A stretch of 64,000 nt of DNA. Source: Octopus sinensis (Eukaryota). The notes below the pieces were generated by a model. The model saw nothing but the letters and a program-made list of their open reading frames with translations. It was not told the origin of the DNA and did no database searches. The translations under genes were made by a program, and so were the position numbers. The stretch is taken from NCBI RefSeq assembly GCF_006345805.1, contig NC_043000.1, positions 29,326,001-29,390,000 on the forward strand, read 5' to 3'. Shown piece by piece: positions 39,045 through 51,997 of this stretch (position 1 is its first letter; each line of letters begins with the position of its first letter).

Positions 39045-39237
39045 TGTTAAACTTTTAAGAGATATGAGAGGTTTGAGAATTTAAAAAAAAAACGTATGTT
39101 TAGTCGAACCATACTCTTCATGTTGATGATATAATTATAATTAAAATTACAGGTTAAGGTACATTACGACGCTATATATAATAGTATTTTAAGAAGAGTC
39201 CATAATATAGCCTCTCATATCTCTTAAAATTTTAACA
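39045..39237. repeat. 27-bp inverted repeat pair (possible small DNA-element remnant)
   Basis: tgttaaacttttaagagatatgagagg and cctctcatatctcttaaaattttaaca, 1 mismatch. Confidence 0.7.
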
Positions 39238-39704
39238 TGCAGGTGTCGATGATTGGTTGAACGACAAAATCCAAGCGTCTCTGCTAGTTCCTCAACAGTT
39301 ACGATTGGATATTTTCCACCAGGGTATGCAGGATGTCCCCGTCAAGCTCGACAGATCTTCCACTACGAGGCAGGTCTTCGAGGCTGTAGGTTCCTGCTCG
39401 GAATTTCTGGAACTACCGTTGACACTGGCTTACGCTTATTGTCCGATCCCCACATACCTTGCACTTTATATTGTTGCCTTTATTGAATTCATAAAGCAAA
39501 ATATGCCAAAGATGTTCCTTTGTTACTTCTGTAAGAGCTTTGAAAAAAATAACTGCTAAAATCAAACTGCACTCGTCAGAACTTGCACTAAGCATAAGCG
39601 CAAGGTAAAATTACAACCTGCTTTTATAGAAAGTTGTTGATGTAAGTCCCACTCCGACTTTTAGTTCATGCAATTGAAAAAAACCGCATTTTTTATGGTA
39701 TAAC

Positions 39705-39708
<4 letters not shown>
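39238..39708 (-). mobile_element. Mariner 5' fragment (TIR plus N-terminal HTH domains)
   Basis: TA|ttgggttataccataaaaaatgcggttttt TIR. Translation EVTKEHLWHILLYEFNKG...TISVSQCQR*FQKFRAGTYSLEDLPRSGR...PIVTVEELAETLGFCRSTNHRHL. Confidence 0.9.
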
Positions 39709-39755
<47 letters not shown>

Positions 39756-39769
39756 GCGCGCACACACAT

Positions 39770-39890
39770 TTCAGCTTTTGCCTACCAAACTCGGATCTAT
39801 TGTATAAGACACTTGCCCAAGGTGCCACCCAATGGAATTGAACCCGGAATCGTGTGGTTGGGAAACAAGCTTCTTACCGCACAGCCACGG
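39770..39890 (-). mobile_element. SINE-A head fragment
   Basis: aagacacttgcccaaggtgccac...gaacccggaatcgtgtggttg...cttaccgcacagccac. Confidence 0.8.
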
Positions 39891-39892
39891 TA

Positions 39893-39926
<34 letters not shown>

Positions 39927-39944
39927 TATATATATAATATATAT

Positions 39945-40015
<71 letters not shown>

Positions 40016-40771
40016 ATATATATACGTATATATATGTATATATATATATATATGAAGGGAGAAAGAGAGAGAGAGAGAGGGAGAGAGAAATAAACATTTA
40101 GGCTGGAAAGCTAAGAAGAGAAAGGAGTAAAATGTGCAAATCATTTTATCAGTAAATTGTCGGCGAGTTTAAACAGTTTAGGTCATTTTTCGTCCAAGTG
40201 ATGGATGGACATATTGAAGATGGTGGTGGTGATTAAGACGACGATGATTATGATGATGGTGATGATGATGATGAAGGGGGTTAGGATCACGATGACGATG
40301 GTAGTGATGATAATACCTTTGGTGATGTTGATGATGATGATGAGGATGTTTGTTGCTGCTACGTTAGACAATGATGGCTATGATGACGGGGGTTAGGATC
40401 ATGATGATGATGGTAGTGGTGGTAATTCCTTCGGTGATGATGATGATGATGGTGGTGGGGGTGGTGGGGGTGTTGATGGTATGAGGGATGGTGTTGAAAT
40501 GTTTGGGAGTTCTGCTCTGATGGTGATAGACCTAGTAAGGGCAACGGTGGGGAGTGTAAGACGGTAGCAATAACGGGTGGCGGTGGAGGTTTGTTTGCAT
40601 TAACTGTGATAAGCGATGATGTTCCTGAAGCATTGAGAAATGGTTAACTAGTGTTGTTATTGTTATTGTTGTTGTTGTTGTTGTTTTGTTTAGCCAGGGG
40701 TCAATCCTGATCGAGCAAACCTGCGATTAAAGGATTTCCGGTCAAAGCCCTTTCGTTTTCTTTTATGTGCG

Positions 40772-41082
40772 CAGCAGTAGCTGTGTGGTATGTAGCTTGC
40801 TTACCAACCGCATGGACTCCAGGTTCAGTCCCACTGCGTGGCAACTCGGGCAAGTGTCTTCTACTATAGCCTGGGGCCGACCATATATGTGTGTGTATGT
40901 GTGTTTGTCCCCCACCATCGCTTGACAACCGATGTTGGTGTGTTTACGTCCCCGTAACTTAGCGGTTCGGCAAAATAAACCGATAGAATAAGTACTACGC
41001 TTACAAAGAATAAGTCCCGGGGGCGATTTGTTCGACTAAAAGCGGTGCTCCAGCATGGCCACAGTGAAATGACAGAAACAAA
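40772..41082 (+). mobile_element. SINE-A with internal deletion
   Basis: Head up to ggggccgacc is joined directly to the microsatellite and an intact tail. Confidence 0.88.
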
Positions 41083-41289
41083 TGTAGGAATGAAAGAACT
41101 CTGGTCCGCGTAATTTCTTTCCGAAGAAAATAGAGTGTGAGTTGAGGGAGAATTAGCTGCTATTAGTGGCAGACTGGTTGATTCCAAATTATAACAGCAA
41201 TAAAAATTAGAAACAAAAAAATCAAGAAAATACAGATAAAAAATCCTCCACGGACATTTTGGTATTTTTCGTGTTGACCCAAAACCAAT

Positions 41290-41405
41290 ATTAAAGAACA
41301 GTAGTATTTATCAGCTGAGTACCAGCTGCGTACTGGGGTCGATATAATCGACTGCCCCACCACACAAAAATTTCGGGCCTTGTGCCTAGAGTAGAAAAGG
41401 ATATT
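41290..41405 (+). mobile_element. SINE-B 3' fragment (alternative tail)
   Basis: gagtaccagctgcgtactggggtcgatataatcgact...aaaatttcgggccttgtgcctagagtagaaaagga. Confidence 0.7.
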
Positions 41406-41706
41406 TTATATGATATATTCATTGAAGAAATATCTCTTCAAAATACAATATATTAAGCCAGTGTATCTTGGATAAAAATATCCCTATAAGAGGTTTAAAT
41501 ATCCTCATTGTGACTACACACATGTATTTATGCGTGTGTGTATATATATATACATTTCAACAAATCGAAGAATGAAACACCTGACGACGACGAGAGATGA
41601 GGTGAGTGGAATTAAATGAAGATGTGAATATTACAGAAAAAGCATCATCTCTAAAGATGGAATTCATTGCTTGAAACATAATTATTGTATAAAAGAGAAA
41701 CCTAAG

Positions 41707-41780
<74 letters not shown>

Positions 41781-42115
41781 GGGGATCCTTAATAAACAAA
41801 TTAAAACTGGAGTACAAATGTGTTTAAATACATACACACGAACATACATGCATACACATGCACAACAGTGATGTATATACAAATATGTACATACATATAT
41901 ATACACATATATATATATATACATTATATATATATATATTATATATATATATATAATATATATATATATTATATATATATATATATATAATGTGTATATA
42001 TAGCAAAGAATACCCACTATGCAAAATTATTTGAATTTATTTCATTTTTCTGCTTGTATTTTGCAATGTATGAGTGTATAATATATATATATAATATATA
42101 TATATAATATATATA

Positions 42116-42174
<59 letters not shown>

Positions 42175-42342
42175 TAATATATATATATATATATATATGC
42201 ACGCGTATGTGTGTGTGAGTGCGTGTATGTATGTATGTAAATATATATGTATGCAACTATACAGGTGTACATTCATGTCAATATATAACGCCGATTAGTA
42301 TTGTACACACGAGTATGTATTTGTTTGCGAACATCGTATGAG

Positions 42343-42386
<44 letters not shown>

Positions 42387-42758
42387 GAGTAGCTGGGAAG
42401 AGGTGAGATGCGATAAGAATAAACTGACTGGAGGTGAGACTGTTTTAGGACAGTTAATTATTTTCACTTCCTTCCCCCTCGTGAATTGAATTTGATTTCG
42501 AGCGTGATAATTAGAACTAGATCAAATTTATTGATTGGCTCTCTATCTTGAAATGGCATCATTTAAAGAAGTTCATTCTACGCCACCCTCTCTTTGTCCT
42601 CTCTACCTCTATTCTCCTCTCCCCCTCTCTCGTTCTCTTATTGTCTCTCCACCTCTCTGTGTATGTCTTTCCGTTTCTCTGTTTCTAGCGCTGTTTTCTC
42701 TTCGTTCACTTTTACCTTATCATCCAGCTTTCGCTTTTCTCACATGCGATACCCGCAG

Positions 42759-42794
42759 CCAAATTCTACAAAGAACGGAATATGTAAAACAAAG
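42759..42794 (+). CDS. Candidate 36-nt host exon
   Basis: Long upstream pyrimidine tract, acceptor cccgcag|, donor AAG|gtacgc; open frame QILQRTEYVKQ. Alternative acceptor at 42727. Confidence 0.25.
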
Positions 42795-43237
42795 GTACGC
42801 TCCATTGTTAAATGATATTTAACAGGTGGTATTTAAGACAAAGCGCGAAATAGACGGTCAAATCGATAGGGTAGCAGACACTTAGCCTCAGGCTTCACGT
42901 TCTCTATTATTTTCAGTAAGCGTTGCAAATTATGCATGAGCGAAACACTTAACTGTTAAGAATCATAGTTGTAAATTAGTGCAATAAAGAGGTTTCTATC
43001 ACAGATGTAAGATGTAGATTTTTCTGTCTTACTTGTTGAGTATGGAAGAAGGAGCAATGGCCAGAACTTTTGTACGTTGCCTGACAACGTTGAGTTCGAT
43101 CTTCGTTTAAACTGTTGTTTAATGAAGACCTACAGCAACGTCATGATCGGAGAAGGATCGCAGGTTGTTGTTCTGGGACGGCAAGGCTGGGCTTTGTAGG
43201 TGATGAAATTAAATTTTGGGTTTGAAGCTGCTTTAGT

Positions 43238-43888
43238 AATGGTTTCAGATTTTGGCACAAGGCCAGCAGTCTCGGGGATGGGGTTAAATCGATGACATCG
43301 ACGCCTGTGTTTGACTGGTATCTAATTTAGCGACTCCGATAAGATGACAAAGTTGGCCTTAGTAGAATTTGAACTTAGAACGTAAAGACGGACGAAATGC
43401 CGCTAAGCATTTCCCCCGGGGCGCTAACGATTCGGCCAAATCGCTCCCTTCTTTATAATTGCTTTCAAATTTTAGCACAAGATGAGCAGGTTCGGATTAA
43501 ATCGATTATATCGCCCTCAATGCTCAACATGTACAAGGTCGGCCTCGGCGAAATTTGAACGCAGAATGTAAAGGTAGACGAAATGTCGCTACGCATTTTG
43601 CCCCGCGTACCAACGATTCCGCAAACTGTTTTTCAGTATAATTAAAATATATCGGATTCAATTTTTGGCACATGGCCTGTAATCTCAGGCGCGGGTGGGG
43701 TGGGGGGGGGGGCGGTTTCAATCGATAACATCGATCCCAGTGCTTGACTGGTACCTATTTTATCGACCCAGAAAGGATGAAAAGCAAAATCGACCTCGAC
43801 GAAATTTGAACGTAGAATGTAACACCGTACGTAGTACTCCAAAATATTTCGTTCGGCGTGCTAAACATTCTGCCAGCTCGTCGCCTTA
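43238..43888 (-). mobile_element. Three same-orientation, independently diverged SINE-B copies (43238-43450, 43457-43628, 43652-43888)
   Basis: Each has a ttttggcaca/ttagcaca tail, gaatttgaac or aaatttgaac (B box complement) and a head remnant. Confidence 0.82.
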
Positions 43889-44559
43889 AGCTGTTCTCAT
43901 AATCGAAACATTACTGACGTCATATACTTAATGTATGTGTTTTGTTTAAAGGCCTTTAGGCTGCGGTATTTTCTATCCAGTGAGAGTCATTTTAAGGAGA
44001 ACGAAAATGGTAGGAATTGATATTTCGCGATTACTTCTGCGCATCCGAACTGGACGAATTCAACTGGCCTGAGGTAAATGCAGATAGCGTAAAATCAAAT
44101 ATAAGGACTAAAATATTTCTTCTGCAGCACTGGACAACATGTTTCGAAACTGACTGGAAAATTGCGGGCAGCGGCGTCGAACTCCCTTGTTGACCAAGTG
44201 CTACGTATCAGAAGTGGTTTCACATACTAGTGTAGCACATTCAACGGTGGTGCCCCAGCATGGTCGCATCTTTCGGGCTGAAATATTTTAAAGGATTTAA
44301 GGATGTATCAACTTATACTCACACCCAAACCACCCATTCAGACGCACGCACACACACGTACACACATACACACAAGGACAGAATTCATTTCGTCGTATAT
44401 GTATGTATACATACACTGCAGTGCCTCAGAGTCCCTTTACACTCGTGAATTGAGTGTGATATGAGATCACATCGTCTTAAAGGAGGGTGCTCTCCGATGA
44501 CGAAAAACACCAGCGATGAGAATCTACCAGAACGTATTAAGAATGAAACGATACGTTAT

Positions 44560-44940
44560 TAGATCACAGTATCTCATATCCCAGTATCGACCCGACCATC
44601 AAATACGGTGATATACCGCGCTGTCACAGTGCGCTTCCAATTCTGCGTTGATTGTGCCATTCTTTCCATCATGATCCAAATTGTTTGAACAAACCGTGGA
44701 AGCCTTCCGGGCGACCATTTCCGATCTCTGGGATACAACTCGGCAACTGAATGTGTCCACTTGTTCTTTATGAAACTTGAGAAATGGCCGTTCACTCTGC
44801 TCCATTTCCGAATAATCTAATTTCGAATGTGCTCTCTTAATGATATTCCTGGCATAAATCATACCCTGGCCCTTTGCGTCGTGGCTAATCGATTCTTATC
44901 CTCTTTTTAGTATCCTACGTCTCGCCTGCATATAAGAGCT
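44560..44940 (-). pseudogene. Degraded RTE-clade LINE C-terminal region
   Basis: Minus strand, with stops and frameshifts: LLYAGET* (44918-44938), LATTQRA, GISLREHIRN, ELYPRDRKWSPGRLPR (44703-44741). Matches the RTE pattern LYGxETW...QRAM...HIRN...EWYP...RxxGRP. Confidence 0.8.
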
Positions 44941-45153
44941 CAGGTAGGACGGTACTATCTAAGAATCTGGCAAGTATGGTATTGTTTAGCTTTGTGCTGT
45001 AAACGAAGCCAGACAAAGCTAGACAAGACTAGACATTATCAAATACTGACAACTTTCACAAGAATATCGCACGTGATTATAAAAAGCTGACTGCGAAATA
45101 ATCAACATTGAAGACATCATGTGTTGGTAGGATACCGTAGATAGGCAAATACC

Positions 45154-45387
45154 TATTTCTTTACAACCCACAAGGGGCTAAACACAGAGAGGACAAACAA
45201 GGACAGACAAACGGATTAAGTCGGTTAGATCGACACCAGTGGATAACTGGTACTTATTTAATCGCCCCCGAAAGGATGAAAGGCAAAGTCGACCTCGGCG
45301 GAATTTGAACTCAGAACGTAGCGGCAGACGAAATACCGCTAAGCATTTCGCCCGGCGTGCTAACGGTTCTGCCATCTCGCCGCCTTA
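45154..45387 (-). mobile_element. SINE-B, full length, with 13-bp TSD
   Basis: ataggcaaatacc at 45141-45153 and 45388-45400. Confidence 0.93.
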
Positions 45388-46035
45388 ATAGGCAAATACC
45401 AAGATTCAATGCACTACCTACCAACTGGTGACATTGCAGTCTTAGATACACTATATGGGAATAAAAGACATGGTGGTTGCGTTTGGGATTCCACCATTTC
45501 AGAATCTACTCAATTAAGAATTTTATCGATCCAAACATTATCACAAACAAAATCAAGAAAAAGGCTGTTTAATTAGACTCAACGATGCAAAAGCTTCGCA
45601 CAAATCACTTTACATTTATTTACGTTTGTTCCCTCTCCGTTCTGATTTCAAATGCTACATGAATCCTCTTTTACGACTCATGCGTAGCGGGTGGGAGGGA
45701 ATGAATTATGCATCGATAATAAATACAGATTCGACTCAATGAACAAAAACACTCGTCTTGATATAATTGTCATCGTGTTTAACGAAGTGGAACCATCCAG
45801 TGGCGACGATTTTATCCATTGGCACAAAGGTAGAAATTTATAGAGAAAGGGGGAGCATGGAAAATGAACGAAACTAAGAGAGATATACAGCCAATACTAT
45901 ATATGCATACATACATATATATATGTGTGTGTGTGGGGGGGGGGGTGTATACGGCAAATAAGAAAACGGAGAGGATACAAAAACGACATATATATATATA
46001 TATATATATCTTTTACTCTTTTCTTTTACTCTTTT

Positions 46036-46817
46036 ACTTGTTTCAGTCATTTGACTGCGGCCATGCTGGAGCACCGCCTTTAGTCGAGCAAACGACCCCG
46101 GGACTTATTCTTTATAAGCCCAGTACTTATTCTATCGGTCTCTTTTGCCGAACCGCTAAGTGACGGGGACGTAAACACACCAGCATCGGTTGTCAAGCAA
46201 TGCTAGTGGGACAAACACAGACACACAAACACATACATATATATATACATATATACGACAGGCTTCTTTCAGTTTCCGTATACCAAATCCACTCACAAGG
46301 CATTGGTCGGCCCGGGACTATAGCAGAAGACACTTACCCAAGATGCCACGCAGTGGGACTGAACCCGGAACCATGTGGTTGTTAGCAAGCTACTTACCAC
46401 ACAGCCACTCCTGCGCCTATATATATATATATTTTTTTTTACTTGTTTCAGTCATTTGACTGCGGCCACGCTGGAGCACCGCCTTTAGTCCAGCAAATCG
46501 ACCCCGGGACTTATTCTTTGTAAGCCCAGTACTTATTCTATCGGCCTCTTTTGCCGAACCGCTAAGTGACGGGGACGTAACCGCACCAGCATCGGTTGTC
46601 AAGCAATGCTAGGAGGATAAACACAGACACACAAACACATATATACATATATACGACAGGCTTCTTTTAGTTTCCGTCTACCAAATCCACTCACAAGGCA
46701 TTGGTCGGCCCGGGACTATAGCAGAAGACACTTGCGCAAGATGCTACGCAGTGGGACTGACCCCGGAACCATACGGTTGGTTAGCAAGCTACTTACCACA
46801 CAGCCACCCCTGCGCCT
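46036..46817 (-). mobile_element. Two complete SINE-A copies in tandem (46036-46418, 46441-46817)
   Basis: Each has head (A box tggctgtgtgg, B box ggttcagtccc), body, microsatellite and tail. About 20 differences between them by hand count. Confidence 0.95.
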
Positions 46818-46829
46818 ATAATATATATA

Positions 46830-46922
<93 letters not shown>

Positions 46923-46924
<2 letters not shown>

Positions 46925-48545
46925 GTTGCGCCCAAAATGTTCAGAACGGCATTGTTTTCGTCAGAAAAGTAGGTACAATTCTTTATCAAATTTGTTTTAT
47001 ATTCTATAAGTTTCACAGACAATAAATACAATATTATTTGTTATTGTCTGAGATTTTGGTTTAATTTGAGAGGATAATACAAACGTCATTGATGATTTAG
47101 TGATTTACTGCAAAACCTATGGCAGCCAAAATGATCAGAACAGTTGCTTTTACTCCGTGTTTTAGTATATTGAACCGGCGAACTCTAATGTTTTGAATTT
47201 GTTTACGTGACGGTTCGTTTACTAAACATTAGTAAGAATATCTGCAGTGTACTTTGTTTATATAATGCCACTTACTCCGTTAGCAATTCGTCAGCAGATT
47301 ATTAAGCTTCGAAAGAAGGATAATTCAAGTATTGGGTCTATTGCAAAGATTGTTAACAAGTCAAAAAGTGTTGTTCATGGTATTCTTAAGGTCTACGATG
47401 ATTGTGGTTCGTGTGAAGCAAGAACGTCTACAGGTAGGCCAAGAAAAACGACCAAGAGGGAAGATCGTGCTATGGTAAAGTTGGTTAAAAAGGACAGATT
47501 TAAAACTGCTGCTGCTGTTTCTCGGGAAATGAGCATTGTACTGAAGAAAACTTTATCTCGAAAAACTGTCTCGTCGTTTAGTTGAACATGACCTACAAGC
47601 AAGAGCACCTGCGGTGAAGCCACTGATCAGCTCCAAGAATAAAAAGTGTCGTCTTACCTTTGCAACCGAGCATGTGTTGTGGTCTCAAGAAAAATGGCAA
47701 ACGGTGCATTTCAGTGATGAATCTAAGTTTATGTTATTCGGCTCAGATGGGAAAAGATACGTTCGTAGAAAAGTAGGTGAAAAATTGTCGCATGCCTTAA
47801 GACTAGTGTTAAATTCGGTGGAGGAAGTGTCATGGTTTGGGGGATGATATCTGGAGATGGTGTGGGCCCTTTGGTGCGATTACATGGAAAGTAAAATGCA
47901 GGAGTTTATAAACAACTTGTAAAAGATATGTCTTGCCTGTGCTGAGAAATTCAACTAAGCGACCACCCATATTCATGCAGGACAATACCCCATGTCACAA
48001 GGCAAAAGTTGTCATGAACTTCCTCAAGGCTGAAAAGGTTATTATTATGGATTGGCCTGCTCAAAGCCCAGATCTCAATCCTATTGAAATTGTGTGGAAT
48101 ATTCTAGGAGAACGTTCGAAAGCCAGAAATCCTAAAACAACCGAGCAATTATGGAATGCCCATCGGGAAGAAAATTGAATAAGATCACCAGCAAGAAATT
48201 GAAAATTTAGTTTCCTCATGCAGTCGAAGATGTCAAAGTGTGAGTGAAGCTAAAGGGCTTCACGCTAAATATTAAATAATTCCAGTATTCTCTGTCATGT
48301 TTGATTAATTTGTTATTTTTTCAACCGTTCTGATGATTTTGGCCGGTATGGGTTTTGCAGTAAATCACTAAATCATCCATAACTTTTGTATTATCCTCTC
48401 AAATTACACCAGACTCTCAGACAATAACAAATAATATTGTATTTATTGTCTGTGAAAATCACAGAATATAAAACAACTTTGATAAAAAATTGTACCTACT
48501 TTTCTGACGAAAACAATGCCGTTCTGAACATTTTGGCCGCAACTG
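46923..48545 (+). mobile_element. Full-length defective Tc1 of IR/DR architecture (1623 bp)
   Basis: About 223-bp TIRs (46923-47145, 48323-48545), each with outer ccaaaatgttcagaacgg and inner ccaaaatgatcagaacag direct repeats. TA on the right, TG on the left. Confidence 0.94.
47265..48275 (+). pseudogene. Tc1 DD34E transposase pseudogene
   Basis: MPLTPLAIRQQII..., TGRPRK, VHFSDESKF, FMQDNTPCH, WPAQSPDLNPIE with 34 residues between D2 and E; several frameshifts. Confidence 0.95.
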
Positions 48546-48549
48546 TAGA

Positions 48550-48612
48550 TATAATTTCACGAGCAGGCTGTTCCATTGATTGGATCAACTGGAATCCTTG
48601 TCGTCGTAACCG
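48550..48612 (+). mobile_element. SINE-C 3' tail fragment
   Basis: taatttcacgagcaggctgttccattgattggatcaactgg...gtcgtcgtaaccg matches 19288-19350. Confidence 0.8.
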
Positions 48613-48614
48613 AC

Positions 48615-48646
<32 letters not shown>

Positions 48647-49249
48647 GCACACATGTCATTGTTTGAAAGCTACAATATTTAAAAAGCGGATAATCGGTAT
48701 TTAATCTATAGAATATAGAAATTTGATTGTCACAAGGACACAACATTGTTGTATTGACTTGATTGACTGAGGTAGTCAAAAAACTCCAGCAGGCGATATT
48801 TCTGCACTTTGAACAGTTTTCATAACTCGAGTTTTTTTTTTATTTTCGGGGAAAAATGTGTTAAAATAATCTGAAGTCCAATGACTTGCATTTAAGAAAC
48901 GGACTAAATGGAACTGGTTTTGTTGACTGGTAACTGAGGTCCACGAATTATAGCGGACTTCGCTTCCCATTCGACAGGGTTGCGCTCAACGGTGGACATC
49001 TGGTTGTTGGTTATGAGATCGTTCTGGCCTGGCCGTTGGATGTTGCAAAGGCTCCACTCCCACTTAGGGGTGCAATGTTAACACCCTTCTCATCTATGTT
49101 CTAGCTCGCTAGCCGAGGAAGCGTACCAGGTTATGGCACCTGGAGCCAGCACACGAATGAATTAGGGGATGCATGACAGACAGTGATGCCCGTTTAACCT
49201 ACCAAATAGGGAATAACATGCTAGACCCCAATGCTACTGTTCTTTTATA

Positions 49250-49499
49250 CTTTTAGTTGTTTCACCCATTAAGCAGCGGCCATGCTGGGGCATCGTCCTG
49301 GAGAGTTGTAGTCGAACAAATCTATCTCAGTATTTATTTTTTAAAGACATTACTTATTCTAACAGTTCATTTTGCCGAACCGCTAAGTTACCGAGAAATA
49401 AAAACACCAACACTGGTTTTATATATATATATATACATATACATATATACATATATATATGTATATAAAATTATATACATATACACATACATACATACA

Positions 49500-49548
<49 letters not shown>

Positions 49549-49751
49549 TATATATATATACATAGATAGATAGATAGATATATAGATATATAAAAAAGGT
49601 AATAGAATGAGACAAAATCCAAGGGTGGGAAAGATTTCAGAACATTTACAGCTGTTTTCGGGATATTTTATATATCCCTTCATCGGAGAGGGTGTGAGAA
49701 AATGGTTAAGCAATAGGTTTCCATCTATATATATATATATATAATATATAT

Positions 49752-49808
<57 letters not shown>

Positions 49809-49837
49809 CACATACATATATATATATATATACATGC

Positions 49838-49936
<99 letters not shown>

Positions 49937-50105
49937 ATGCATTTATACAACGGACTATTCTCAGTTTCCACCTACCAAATCCATTCACAAAGCTCTGGTC
50001 TGCCCAAGTCTATAGCGGACGACACAAGTGCCATGCAGTGGGATTGAACTCGGAACCATGTGGTTGCTTAGCCAACATCTTACCACACAGCCACGTCTGC
50101 TCCTA
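49250..50105 (-). mobile_element. One SINE-A whose central (TA)n is expanded and carries a hammerhead-bearing insert
   Basis: Tail at 49250-49420, head at 49945-50105, unique ~140-bp insert at 49590-49725 between them. Confidence 0.75.
49647..49686 (-). ncRNA. Hammerhead core and stems II/III, stem I lost
   Basis: Minus strand: CCGATGA-a-gggatat ataaa atatccc-GAAA-acagctgt-A. Same family as 5195-5270. Confidence 0.5.
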
Positions 50106-50954
50106 TATTAATCGAAAGTCCCCAATATCTCCTTGTATGTGGCTCTAGGTAAAGATAATTACACCCCTTGTCATATCGATTTTCTTCGGTGTGACTTTAA
50201 GCTGCATCCTGTAGCGGGAACCGGGTTCAAAAGTTCTAGAGTTTTGGGGAGTGCGGGACCAGTCCTTAGCCACTATTATTTCTAGGTCTCTTCTGACCCG
50301 AAGAAGTAGAACCTGTCACTATATGACTAGTATTTAATTTATTGATCCCTGATCAACATTAAAAAAGAACGAAGGTTATCACGAGAATTATGAAAATAGA
50401 ACATAAAGTCTTCTTAAATACATAAAACTATCTTTATGTGAGTCTGACTAACCTACTGCTTGACCTAACAGTAACCTCATTGAACTCATTAATCAATCAA
50501 TCAATGAATTAATAAGTCAATTCATTCAAGTGTTTATTCGTATCCTTGGATACACACGCCAGCACACAAGCTCACACCACATATATAAGCGCACGTGCGT
50601 GTGTGTTTATCTATCTTGATAACAACTTGGCCTTTTCTTTGTCCCCTAATTCGATAATCATACACGCATCACTGCTCTGCTCTCTGTCTTCTTCTCTGGC
50701 CTCTCACATTTGTCCATCCTCATATCCAAATATTTGTCTACAACACATCCCCATTGCAACACACGCCCACAACTACAAACCCACGCCATTACACATAATT
50801 TCCAGGAATAGATATCCGTCTAATTAATGGCCTACTGTCCCTGTCCCTCACCAGAATACCTTCAACTCTTCAATCCCAACACGCCAGAACGAACGACCCA
50901 TTATTATAACTATCAATTATCATATTCCCCTGAAAAAATTATATTTCTTTTAAG

Positions 50955-51035
50955 TGTCTTCTGCTATAGCCTCGGGCCCACCAGAGCCTTGTGGGTGGAT
51001 TTGGTGGACGGAAACTGAAAGAAACCCGTTGTATA
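50955..51035 (+). mobile_element. SINE-A body fragment
   Basis: aagtgtcttctgctatagcctcgggcccaccagagccttgtg...gacggaaactgaaagaaacccgttgtata. Confidence 0.8.
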
Positions 51036-51094
51036 TATGTACACACATAAACACACATATACACATACACACATATATAATATGTATATGTACA

Positions 51095-51132
<38 letters not shown>

Positions 51133-51846
51133 AGCATAAATGAACATGAAATACGAAAGCAGCACGTATCCTATCTCTCTCTTATATCCTTTCTCTTCTC
51201 AAAGAAAATATTTCTCCAGTGTTCGCTATTTTCCCTCTCGTTCTGGTCCAACGACCCTCCATGTTTGTTTTCATTCGGTTTCTTTGTTTGTCTCCATTGT
51301 CCTGTTTTTGTTCCCAAGTTTGGCCCTCCATAAGTCCCAAATTTTATTTTAGCACGTAAGGGAGCAACTCTCTTCGGCGACTCATATTGTCGTTCATTGC
51401 TTGAAATGAGTAGATAGGCAGCCGACAACTGATGAAGGGTCGTTTTTTGTGTTACTTGTCCTGTTTTTCATTTGTTTCTCTCGTTGTTTGCATATTGAAT
51501 TCATTTGCTTTCGAATTTCATGTTGCTTACTGTTTGGTGACGTCCACAAATATGCATGTGTATGTGTGTATATATATGTGTGTATGTATGTATGTATGTA
51601 TGTATGTATGTATGTATGTATGTATGTATGTATGTATGTATGTATGCATGTATGTTTGTATGTATGTATGTATGTATGTATGTATGCATGTATGTATGTA
51701 TGTGTGTGTGTATGCATGTATGTATGTATGTATGTATGTTGTATGTATGTATGTATGTATGTATGTATGTATGTATGTATATATATGTGTGTGTGTATAT
51801 GTATACGTATATGCATGTATATATATATGTGTGTGTATGTGTGCGC

Positions 51847-51896
<50 letters not shown>

Positions 51897-51997
51897 TCCG
51901 GAGTAAGCACATAAATGTGAAACAAGGTGGTAAAAGGGGTAGTTAAATACCAGAGATAGATTAATATGCTTTATTTAAAAGCAGCAGAAATATCTCA

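Noticed and set aside
39257-39559. Plus-strand ORF (LLVPQQLRLDIFHQG...VGSCSEF) resembling a Gypsy integrase zinc finger
   Set aside because: The minus strand of the same DNA gives a much clearer mariner N-terminus next to a mariner TIR, so this is a shadow ORF.
44599-44862. 87-aa minus-strand ORF as a host exon
   Set aside because: An overlapping frame carries RTE C-terminal motifs; explained as a LINE relic.
51360-51470. CTGATGA at 51429 and minus-strand CCGAAGA-gag ttg ctc near 51373
   Set aside because: Neither is followed by GAAA plus stem III.
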